Positions 1 through 6,988 of a stretch of 64,000 nucleotides of DNA are shown here, piece by piece; within the stretch, counting starts at the first letter, position 1; each line of letters starts with the position of its first letter. The notes under the pieces are model-generated. The model had not been told where the DNA came from and did no database searches. It worked only from the letters and a program-made list of their open reading frames with translations. Where the stretch lies: IMG/VR virus record IMGVR_UViG_3300025133_000029, positions 1 to 64,000 of that record; one strand, 5' to 3'. Position numbers and translations under genes: made by a program. Source of the stretch: a virus.

Positions 1-32
1 TCCTGCCCATCCTTATACAGAAGCGTTTCTTT

Positions 33-108
33 AGCGGAGTGGCGCAGTTGCGGTAAGCGCGGTGGGCTCATATCCCACAGGTCAAGGGTTCAACTCCCTT
101 CTCCGCTT
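33..108 (+). tRNA. tRNA-Met(CAT), initiator-like
   Basis: AGCGGAG/CTCCGCT acceptor stem; anticodon arm GTGGG-CT CAT AT-CCCAC with three consecutive G-C pairs; GGTTCAACTCC T-arm; no encoded CCA. Bases 1-14 look like the 3' end of a preceding tRNA. Confidence 0.85.
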
Positions 109-202
109 TTTATTCTTATGATATTCGTTTTGCTCTTTTCGCATGGAGTGGGATGGATGAACTATTTTTATAGTTTGAATGAACCACGTCATAAGAATAT
201 TT

Positions 203-278
203 AAATGAATAGCTCAGCTTGGTTAGAGCATTCGGTTAATAATCGAAAGGTCGTAGGTTCGAATCCTGTCGCTGGCTT
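203..278 (+). pseudogene. degenerate tRNA-Ile-like (anticodon AAT)
   Basis: D arm (GCTC/GAGC), anticodon arm TTCGG-TT AAT AA-TCGAA and T arm are intact, but the 5' acceptor strand AAATGAA cannot pair with 3' GCTGGCT. Confidence 0.65.
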
Positions 279-295
279 TTGTGGGAGGTGATAGT

Positions 296-685
296 ATGGA
301 TGCACGAGGATTTCATTTGGATGTGGACCAAAAGAGCTTCTTTGAAGATGTGTTGCCTTCTTCGGTTGCTCGTTCATTATGTGATGACTTGGTGGAGATA
401 TGGAGCAGTGCGACGGGAGAGCCGTCAAGTAATCTTGTTGTGCAAAAATCGATAGACCTGTTGGATCTGATGTGTCGGCATCCGGGCCTTGCTTTGTATG
501 AGATACTGGCATTGGTGGAAGATTACGTTGTTGGCGATAGTGAACTGAATGAGTCAGCTCATAGATTCGTACTGACTTGGTTTATAGGTAGGGTTAAGAT
601 CCGGATGGACGAGGCCGAAATGATGCTCCCTATATGGTGGGATGCTCCGTCTGATGACCCAGGGAAGAGTATGTACTTGTATTGA
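296..685 (+). CDS. hypothetical protein inside the tRNA array
   Basis: ORF with GGAGGTG RBS before ATG 296; no motif recognised. Confidence 0.55.
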   Translation: MDARGFHLDVDQKSFFEDVLPSSVARSLCDDLVEIWSSATGEPSSNLVVQKSIDLLDLMCRHPGLALYEILALVEDYVVGDSELNESAHRFVLTWFIGRVKIRMDEAEMMLPIWWDAPSDDPGKSMYLY

Positions 686-693
686 TTGTTTCG

Positions 694-779
694 TGGGAGG
701 TGTTCCTCGCAGCGGACTGTGAATCCGCCGACATGTGTTGCGAGGTGGGCGTCGAGAGGTTTAAATCCTACTTCATCTA
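694..779 (+). ncRNA. atypical tRNA-like element (GTG loop)
   Basis: GCGGA-CT GTG AA-TCCGC anticodon-like arm enclosed by a CCTCGCA/TGCGAGG helix; degenerate T-arm AGG-TTTAAAT-CCT; no canonical D arm. Confidence 0.4.
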
Positions 780-784
780 TTTTT

Positions 785-861
785 TCAAGCAGGACGGTTT
801 TGGTGTCCAGGGATTAAATGTGCGCGCATTGTCCCGAAAGGTTCGACCCCTTTTGCTTGAG
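785..861 (+). ncRNA. tRNA-like element with non-canonical anticodon arm
   Basis: TCAAGCA/TGCTTGA acceptor; GGAC/GTCC D-like arm; AAAGG-TTCGACC-CCTTT T arm; the middle arm GGGA...TCCC lacks a 7-nt loop. Confidence 0.5.
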
Positions 862-876
862 CTAAAGAGAAATTCT

Positions 877-948
877 CCCGCGTTGGTCTAGTGGTTATGG
901 CACCGGTCTGTCGAATCGGAAAGAGGAGTTCGATTCTCCTACGCGGGG
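877..948 (+). tRNA. tRNA-Asp(GTC)
   Basis: CCCGCGT/ACGCGGG acceptor; CCGGT-CT GTC GA-ATCGG anticodon arm; G73. Confidence 0.9.
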
Positions 949-1007
949 CTATTTTTTACTGGGGTTGCGCGATAATGCTTGTTGGCATTATGCTTCTTTT
1001 GGTTTCT

Positions 1008-1080
1008 GGGGCTATAGCTCAATTGGGAGAGCGCTAGGTTTGCAACCTGGAGGTCGTCGGTTCGACCCCGACTAGTTCCA
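1008..1080 (+). tRNA. tRNA-Ala(TGC)
   Basis: GGGGCTA/TAGTTCC acceptor with G3:U70; CTAGG-TT TGC AA-CCTGG anticodon arm. Confidence 0.93.
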
Positions 1081-1092
1081 CTAGTTTTTTTT

Positions 1093-1165
1093 GCCCCGAT
1101 AGCTCAATTGGCAGAGCAGTAGTTTTGTAAACTACAGGTTCTCGGTTCGATTCCGGGTTGGGGCT
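1093..1165 (+). tRNA. tRNA-Thr(TGT)
   Basis: GCCCCGA/TTGGGGC acceptor; GTAGT-TT TGT AA-ACTAC anticodon arm. Confidence 0.92.
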
Positions 1166-1479
1166 TTTTAGAATGATTGGGATCGAGTATCGAGCTAGGT
1201 TCCAATAAAATCGAAGGGCATGGGTCGCCACCTCAAACAACTTCGACATAACCTCGTTGGGCGTTGTGAGGTTTCTTTTCTGACAGGGAAGTGTTCAGGA
1301 TGGGATTTCCTGGGCCTTGGAATCCTACCCCTAAGTAACCATGGCAATGTTTAGGGATGGTAGATTTAAGAATATAAAACGAGACTTAGCGGTCAAAAGT
1401 GATTGAATCTTAGCGCGGGGTCAAACCCGTCCAGATGTGTGCATGTTAATGTGACCACAATAACCTGTTGGTTTCTTCT

Positions 1480-1553
1480 CTATCTGTGGCGCAGTCCGGT
1501 AGCGTACTGGTTTTGGATACCAGTGGTCGTAGGTTCAAATCCTACCAGATAGA
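1480..1553 (+). tRNA. tRNA-Pro(TGG)
   Basis: CTATCTG/CAGATAG acceptor; CTGGT-TT TGG AT-ACCAG anticodon arm. Confidence 0.92.
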
Positions 1554-1556
1554 CTT

Positions 1557-1636
1557 CTCCTCCTTTACAGTCAATGGTAGACGGCATGCAGTGTGCAGTA
1601 TGCGGGTGGTAGGTTCGAGTCCTCTAGGGGGGGGGA
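1557..1636 (+). pseudogene. degenerate tRNA-like sequence
   Basis: GTC-AATGGTA-GAC D arm, GGTTCGAGTCC T loop and a C-rich/G-rich acceptor, but an irregular 8-nt anticodon loop. Confidence 0.45.
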
Positions 1637-1644
1637 GAAGATTT

Positions 1645-1718
1645 GCCTCCGTAGCTCATCTGGATAGAGCGTCAGATTTCTACTCTGAGTGTAGTGGGTT
1701 CGAGTCCTACCGGGGGTA
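1645..1718 (+). tRNA. tRNA-Arg(TCT)
   Basis: GCCTCCG/CGGGGGT acceptor; TCAGA-TT TCT AC-TCTGA anticodon arm. Confidence 0.9.
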
Positions 1719-1739
1719 TTTTTTTACTTAAAGTGCTTT

Positions 1740-1814
1740 TCTCCTATAGCTCAGCTTGGTCAGAGCAATTGACTGTTAATCAATGGGTCGGAGGTTCAAA
1801 TCCTCCTGGGAGAG
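1740..1814 (+). tRNA. tRNA-Asn(GTT)
   Basis: TCTCCTA/TGGGAGA acceptor; ATTGA-CT GTT AA-TCAAT anticodon arm. Confidence 0.93.
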
Positions 1815-1815
1815 C

Positions 1816-1920
1816 TTTTGTTCTGCATCGGGTTGGTGCCGTAATTTATCAAGAATTCTGACGGATTTTGATGAGTCGGTTTACGGTTCTCGGAAGAAGA
1901 TCTTTTGGGACAGAACAAAA
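1816..1920 (+). ncRNA. candidate structured small RNA between tRNA-Asn and tRNA-Glu
   Basis: Perfect 10-bp terminal helix TTTTGTTCTG/CAGAACAAAA enclosing two further hairpins. Confidence 0.4.
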
Positions 1921-1924
1921 ACAT

Positions 1925-2003
1925 GGCCTTGTCGTTCACGGTAGGTTAGTTAGGACGCCAGCCTTTCAAGCTGAAGAACCGGGTTCGACCCCCGGTGGGG
2001 CCA
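1925..2003 (+). tRNA. tRNA-Glu(TTC)
   Basis: GGCCTTG/TGGGGCC acceptor; CAGC-CT TTC AA-GCTG anticodon arm; enlarged D loop. Confidence 0.85.
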
Positions 2004-2013
2004 TTTTCTTTAA

Positions 2014-2087
2014 GGACCTATAGCTCAATTGGTTAGAGCTTCCGGCTCATAACCGGATGGTTTCTGGTTCGATCCCAGATGGGTCCA
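2014..2087 (+). tRNA. tRNA(CAT), Ile2-like or elongator Met
   Basis: GGACCTA/TGGGTCC acceptor; TCCGG-CT CAT AA-CCGGA anticodon arm; overall style resembles lysidine-modified Ile2 tRNAs. Confidence 0.85.
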
Positions 2088-2095
2088 TTTTTTTT

Positions 2096-2238
2096 GCGGG
2101 AATGGTCTAATGGTAAGACGGAGGCGTTTCCAGCCTTTCAGTGCAATTTCAGATCATAAACTCGAGAGGCATTTGTCTTTCATTCTTGTGTATCTTACAA
2201 GCGCGTTTCAGATGTTGGTTCGATTCCAGCTTCCCGCT
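2096..2238 (+). tRNA. tRNA-Gly(TCC)-like with a ~70-nt insertion in the anticodon loop
   Basis: GCGGGAA/TTCCCGC acceptor plus U73 (Gly identity); D arm GTCT/AGAC; GAGGCG/CGTTTC anticodon stem; TT TCC A followed by an insert at ~2133-2202; T arm GTTGG-TTCGATT-CCAGC. Confidence 0.65.
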
Positions 2239-2404
2239 CTATTTTACTGAATCTAGTATTCGGTGTTTTTCTTGTGCCAGATCCTCGCTCCTTCCTGGTT
2301 GATTCTCTAGCAGGGTTATAGATTGATTTTGCGAAATGAGAACAAGGATCGCCACCCCCTGGTCTTTGTCCAGCGCTTGGGGGTGAGGGGATGGCTCCTT
2401 TTTT

Positions 2405-2488
2405 GTCGGAATGGTGGAATCAGGTAGACACGCTTGACTTAAAATCAAGTACTCGAAGAGTGTGTGGGTTCAATTCCCACTTCCGACA
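2405..2488 (+). tRNA. tRNA-Leu(TAA)
   Basis: GTCGGAA/TTCCGAC acceptor; CTTGA-CT TAA AA-TCAAG anticodon arm; long variable arm. Confidence 0.93.
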
Positions 2489-2493
2489 TATTT

Positions 2494-2510
2494 TCTTTAG
2501 AGTCTAAAGA
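2494..2510. repeat. 17-bp dispersed palindrome, copy 1
   Basis: TCTTTAGAGTCTAAAGA just after tRNA-Leu. Confidence 0.95.
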
Positions 2511-2596
2511 TTTTTCTTATTATTGACCCTTCTAGGAAAAGGATTGGACTCCAAAGAATTTTTTCTTGCGTATCTCTATTCATATTCTCGATAAGC

Positions 2597-2633
2597 ATGG
2601 CCCTGTACTTTTATGTGCGGGGCCATTTTTTTT
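2597..2633 (+). terminator. intrinsic terminator-like hairpin
   Basis: ATGGCCCTGTAC-TTTTAT-GTGCGGGGCCAT followed by a T run. Confidence 0.55.
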
Positions 2634-2653
2634 GGCAAATAGGAGGAGAGTGA

Positions 2654-4609
2654 ATGGTACAACAAGTCGTTCCGGATATGGAGCAAAGATTGGAGAGTCT
2701 TGGTCCTGCAGAGAGGATCTTGAATCACATGTTGGAGTATGTGGATCACCTTTTCCACAATCGTATTGGTATGGTTGTGGAGGATGCCAGAACCCGAATT
2801 GGCGTTCGGTGGCATCACGTCTCATACGAAGAAAAAGATGGACAGAAGGAGGTCATTCGCCTCGACAAAGTTGGAAAGAAGACAACGCGAACCCCTGTGG
2901 GTATTTGGGGTGAAGACGATCTTATTCGAAAAGATGGTGTTGTCGTGGGCCGTTATCAGCCTGCGGGAATCTTCAAAGAGGTCGCGGTTTACATCTATCG
3001 AAACATCGCAGAGATTTGGGCGATGGATCAAGACTTCGTGGCACGCTGGGCTTCGTATGTGTTTTCGCAAGATCACCGTGATATGAAGGTGATTGTTGCA
3101 GCATTTATGTTGGTTCAGTCAGATCGTAGAGGAGATCCTATCCGGAGTGAAGAAACGGGCGAGATTCTTTTCTACGATGAAGACTATCGCGATATTGGTG
3201 AGGCGATGTGCCTTATTCGGCGTCGGGGTTCTGACTTGGGGCCTCGCGAGATTGAACGGATGTTTGATGTTTTGCGGCTTCCTGCAATCGCGGCGATTAA
3301 CCGGGAATTGGGTTTCACTTCTTCTCCCACAAGAAAGGCAAAGGGTCGCCTACCTTCGGTCGTTCGCAGATGGCTTGGGTTTAGAGAGAGAAATCGTCCT
3401 CTCTTGGATGGGATTGTCCGGGCAAGCATGAAGAGAACGGTGTGGCGTTTGTGTCAATACTCTAACTACAAACCTGCGGGTGAAGAATTCTTCCAGGTTC
3501 TGGGCTACAAGCAGAAGCAACGGGACGACGGTCGAAGAAAGATAGCTCTTGATATCGAGATGCCGCAGGCAGAGTCGTGGGAGGGTTTGTCGGAGAGTGA
3601 CATCTGCCAGAAGATATCGGATGAGCGTCTTTCCTTGAAGTATGTGGTAGGGAAGCTTCCATCTTCTGTGGGTATGACGCCAGCAGTTGTTGCAGCATCC
3701 ATGATGCATGGCGGAATGTCGGCAAAAGAAATTCTCATCGCTTCTCCCACTCTTGAGGCTTTGGGACTCCTGGATGTTCCAGAGATCAAGGCAAAGCATG
3801 CAGAGGCGTTGGCGCAGGTGGCCAAGAGAGCCGAGGACCAACGTGCAGCAAATATTGCGATGCGTATGCGCAAAAAAGAGAACGTGCAAGCTTTGGAGCA
3901 AGTGAGCGAAGCAGTTGTGGCGAAGAAGGTTGAAAAATCTTTGGAAGACTTCATGCTTTATCTTGTCATCGACAGGTCTATTTCAATGCGAGGTTCCTTG
4001 GAGAGGGGTAAACAAATGCTGCTCCAGATGCTTCCTGGCATTTTGCAGGTGGGAATGGATAAAATCAAAGTTTCCACATTCAATACAGACGGGAAGGAGA
4101 TTAGGTTCCGCCATGCTTCTGCAGAGGGGGTTGAGCATGCTTTTCGGAGTGAAAAGGCAAGTGGAGGTACTGCTTATGCAGAGGGCGTTCGGGTTCTCAA
4201 TGGGTATCCTCCCAAAGATCACGAAGAATCCATTATCTTCTTTGTTGGTGATCAGGAGGACAGAAACACAGACGGTCTTGTTCGGGCCATTAATCTTTCG
4301 GGACTGCGCCCTGCAGCGTTTGGTTTGATTGAAGTTCTGAGTCCCACACAAATGAGAGATACGAGGCGTCCACGGATTGTGGAGGCAACGGCTGCTCGTT
4401 TGGGTATTCCGTGTTTCATGATTGAAGAAGACACCTTCAGTGATCCCTATGCGCTTCCTCGGACGTTACAACGTTTGATCGAGTCGACTCCGGTTACGGA
4501 ACAAGTCACAGCGAGTCGTGCTTCGGTTGGTAGGGGACGTCGGAAGTCTTTGATTGAGAAAATTTTAGAGACAGATCTTCTTCGAAAGCCTGGATGGGCG
4601 ATGGGATAG
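2654..4609 (+). CDS. TROVE/Ro60-like helical protein with C-terminal vWA domain
   Basis: AGGAGGAG RBS; MIDAS motif DRSIS...GGT...VGD. N-terminal segments DQDFVARWASY, RLCQYSNYKP and ESWEGLS resemble TROVE blocks. The vWA call is firm; the TROVE call is inferred. Confidence 0.7.
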   Translation: MVQQVVPDMEQRLESLGPAERILNHMLEYVDHLFHNRIGMVVEDARTRIGVRWHHVSYEEKDGQKEVIRLDKVGKKTTRTPVGIWGEDDLIRKDGVVVGRYQPAGIFKEVAVYIYRNIAEIWAMDQDFVARWASYVFSQDHRDMKVIVAAFMLVQSDRRGDPIRSEETGEILFYDEDYRDIGEAMCLIRRRGSDLGPREIERMFDVLRLPAIAAINRELGFTSSPTRKAKGRLPSVVRRWLGFRERNRPLLDGIVRASMKRTVWRLCQYSNYKPAGEEFFQVLGYKQKQRDDGRRKIALDIEMPQAESWEGLSESDICQKISDERLSLKYVVGKLPSSVGMTPAVVAASMMHGGMSAKEILIASPTLEALGLLDVPEIKAKHAEALAQVAKRAEDQRAANIAMRMRKKENVQALEQVSEAVVAKKVEKSLEDFMLYLVIDRSISMRGSLERGKQMLLQMLPGILQVGMDKIKVSTFNTDGKEIRFRHASAEGVEHAFRSEKASGGTAYAEGVRVLNGYPPKDHEESIIFFVGDQEDRNTDGLVRAINLSGLRPAAFGLIEVLSPTQMRDTRRPRIVEATAARLGIPCFMIEEDTFSDPYALPRTLQRLIESTPVTEQVTASRASVGRGRRKSLIEKILETDLLRKPGWAMG

Positions 4610-4633
4610 TTTCTGTGTCGATAGGGGGGTGTT

Positions 4634-4670
4634 ATAAAGAGAGTGACTTGCTCCAAGTCACTCTCTTTAT
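4634..4670. terminator. perfect 17-bp hairpin downstream of the vWA gene
   Basis: ATAAAGAGAGTGACTTG-CTC-CAAGTCACTCTCTTTAT. Confidence 0.65.
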
Positions 4671-4688
4671 GTTTTTGAAGGAGTTTTT

Positions 4689-5390
4689 ATGAAAACGAAG
4701 AATATTGGTCGTGCAAAGAAATGGTCTCGTGTACATGTGGTCGTTTTGGTTGTGGGAGTAGCACTGTCAGTCTTGCTGATAGGTGTGTCATCAATTCTTT
4801 GGTTGAAAGTAAAAAAAGTGGCTTGGGGTATTTCGTTGCTTTTGACTGGAGGGTTCACAATGGGAATGTCTATTTATGGATATTTTCAATTACGGGAAAT
4901 GTATAATTGGAGTGAGTTGTATTGGAATACGAAGGTACCATCGTATAAAAGAAAAGGTACGGGATGGAAGAAGCTTTTGACGCATTGGTATGGACTTTTG
5001 GGTTTTGTGTGGTCTCTGCCAGTGTCTTTGCCATATGCCCTATATGTTTTCTTTTTTGTTTTATTGGGACAATATAGGTTTGTAAGAAGATACGGTTGGA
5101 CGCTAGAATTTGAAACGGTGTACAATAGCTGGGTACACAAGAAATATTGGGAAGGGAAGTGGTCTGGAGCCAATGGTGGGGCTATAACGGTGTATAGTCA
5201 TTTGTATGTGAATAATGAAGATACACAGGACCATGAACGACGACACGCTTGGCAGGTTTTTTGTTTTGGTTTCTATGGGGTTTTTATTTATGCGATCCAT
5301 TCTATTTATTTATATGCATCGGGAAAAGATGGATACAGGGATGTCTTTTTAGAAGAAGAGGCTCGCAGAGCGGAACATTTAGATCACTAG
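4689..5390 (+). CDS. membrane protein with HExxH motif (putative zinc peptidase)
   Basis: Several hydrophobic segments; DHERRHAWQ and a downstream LEEEAR glutamate. Confidence 0.55.
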   Translation: MKTKNIGRAKKWSRVHVVVLVVGVALSVLLIGVSSILWLKVKKVAWGISLLLTGGFTMGMSIYGYFQLREMYNWSELYWNTKVPSYKRKGTGWKKLLTHWYGLLGFVWSLPVSLPYALYVFFFVLLGQYRFVRRYGWTLEFETVYNSWVHKKYWEGKWSGANGGAITVYSHLYVNNEDTQDHERRHAWQVFCFGFYGVFIYAIHSIYLYASGKDGYRDVFLEEEARRAEHLDH

Positions 5391-5433
5391 AAAGTTGCGA
5401 TGGATTGTGCTTTCTTACCTGACAGGAGTCGAT

Positions 5434-6402
5434 ATGGTTTGGCAGGCATTATTGAAACCAGAGGTGGGGCAAGAACGTTTTGTGGCTCCTTGGTTTGGGC
5501 AGAAACAAATTTTATCACCAAAGGGCAGATGTTTTTCTCTAAAGGGAAGGCGTCATCGGGAGCATGGATGGTATTTTTTTGAAATCACTAAGCCCAAGAT
5601 AGTGAGGTGTGTGTTGGGCGAGGAGGCGTCTGCACCAGATGGTTGGGGGGAGAGCGAAAGAAGGGTCCAGGGATACGCTGTAGGGGATAGGTTGATTCTG
5701 GATAGTATTGGCTTTGTAAATGATCCTTCTAAAATCATTGAGCATTCGAGGTCGGTTTATTTTTTGGATCCGGGTTTAGATCGTTTTTCCAGAGTATCTG
5801 CAGTGGAATACGAGAGCGGAGATTTGTTATTTTATCAGCAAGAGTTTCCTTTGGGTCCTGAGTCTTTGGCATTGGATGCTTTTTTGGATGGAAGAGAAGA
5901 TTTGAGTGGGATAAAAGAAGTTACTCCTGCATTGCATTTTTCTTTTCTGTTTGAGCGGTGGGTTCAGGAGGAGCAGAGGGCAAGGATTCGAATTCTAGAG
6001 GAACATCGTCTAGAGCAAGAGCGCCTTTTGCGTGAAGCGGAGATGAGGGCGGAGATAGAGCGCTCAGTGGGCGATGGGGCGTCTAGAAGGGCGATGGCCT
6101 TGGTAGATTTTGAGGCGGCAGCAGGGGCGGCTTTGCGGCTTTCTGGGGCAGAACTGTTAGATGTGAGAGATGGCTATCGGGGGGAGAAAACAATTCGTTT
6201 TCGTTATAGGGAGAGGCGCTTTTGTTCGGTTATCAACGGTACTACTTTGGAAGTTATAGATTCTGGCATTTGTTTGGTGGGGAATGATCGATTATTTACG
6301 TTAGAAAGCCTTCCCAGTGTTATTGGAATGGCTATGGATGAAGGAGTTCTTCACGTTTTTCGTCGGGTAGATGATTATTATGGATATGGCGATGATGATT
6401 AG
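5434..6402 (+). CDS. hypothetical protein, coiled coil plus C-terminal DSGICL motif (possible E2-like)
   Basis: AGGAG RBS before ATG 5434; central EEQRAR...EIER coiled coil; IDSGICL resembles the E2 G-x-I-C-L active site. Confidence 0.45.
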   Translation: MVWQALLKPEVGQERFVAPWFGQKQILSPKGRCFSLKGRRHREHGWYFFEITKPKIVRCVLGEEASAPDGWGESERRVQGYAVGDRLILDSIGFVNDPSKIIEHSRSVYFLDPGLDRFSRVSAVEYESGDLLFYQQEFPLGPESLALDAFLDGREDLSGIKEVTPALHFSFLFERWVQEEQRARIRILEEHRLEQERLLREAEMRAEIERSVGDGASRRAMALVDFEAAAGAALRLSGAELLDVRDGYRGEKTIRFRYRERRFCSVINGTTLEVIDSGICLVGNDRLFTLESLPSVIGMAMDEGVLHVFRRVDDYYGYGDDD

Positions 6403-6454
6403 AGAATAAGTGGGAGTTATTGTTTCTTTTTTCTTTTACCTAAAAATCAAAAAA

Positions 6455-6471
6455 TCTTTAGAGTCTAAAGA
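6455..6471. repeat. 17-bp dispersed palindrome, copy 2
   Basis: TCTTTAGAGTCTAAAGA with A6/T6 extended arms. Confidence 0.95.
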
Positions 6472-6490
6472 TTTTTTGCAAGGAATAGTC

Positions 6491-6982
6491 ATGTCATTTT
6501 TAGAAACTGCGGTTGTTATTGGCAAAAATGGGGATCCCCTCTATTGGCATGAACCTTTGGGGAGGACTTCCGTCTATATCCCCGATTCCCAAAATTTGTG
6601 GGATGTTCTTTGGGAAAACAGGGACGATCTTTTGGGTGTTGCACACACACATCCAGGGAATGGGAAGCCAGTTCCTTCTCCAATAGATTTGGACACATTC
6701 TATGGGTGTGAACTAGGTCTAGGCTTCGGGCTGGCATGGTGGATAGCAACAGAGGATGAATTTCAAGAATTTAGACTTGTTCATTTTGATAGGAAGGTGG
6801 TTTTTCCGGGGTTGGATGAGTCTAAAGCAGAAAAATTTATTTGTTCGCCCACATCATGGATGGATTCTTCTGGTCTTTGTTATTCTACTTCGTTGTTTGA
6901 ACTGTGTAAATTGGGGCCTGATAAGCGGGTACCTGATTGGGTACATGAATTGCGTAGCAGGTCTGGCTACGAAGGAGATTAA
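6491..6982 (+). CDS. JAB/MPN+ (JAMM) metallopeptidase
   Basis: N-terminal E (LET) plus LGVAHTHPGNGKPVPSPID, a JAMM-type HxH...SxxD motif. Confidence 0.85.
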   Translation: MSFLETAVVIGKNGDPLYWHEPLGRTSVYIPDSQNLWDVLWENRDDLLGVAHTHPGNGKPVPSPIDLDTFYGCELGLGFGLAWWIATEDEFQEFRLVHFDRKVVFPGLDESKAEKFICSPTSWMDSSGLCYSTSLFELCKLGPDKRVPDWVHELRSRSGYEGD

Positions 6983-6988
6983 AAAACG

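Noticed and set aside
1340-1400. RNase P RNA, suggested by ATAAAACGAGACTTA resembling the 3' P4 strand
   Set aside because: I could not find the matching 5' GAGGAAAGTC-type P4 strand, so the region is left as an unassigned ncRNA candidate.
2096-2238. tmRNA or group I intron
   Set aside because: The acceptor has Gly rather than Ala identity, a full D stem is present, and the insert is only about 70 nt with no tag ORF or group I core.
201-2448. Short ORFs overlapping tRNAs (201-512, 682-891, 1034-1249, 1468-1731, 2239-2448)
   Set aside because: They are translations of tRNA or tRNA-like sequence with no protein motifs.
6410-6490. Upstream extensions of ORFs through the palindrome (6410, 17281)
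   Set aside because: Better RBS-associated ATGs lie downstream (6491, 17344), so these palindrome copies are treated as intergenic.
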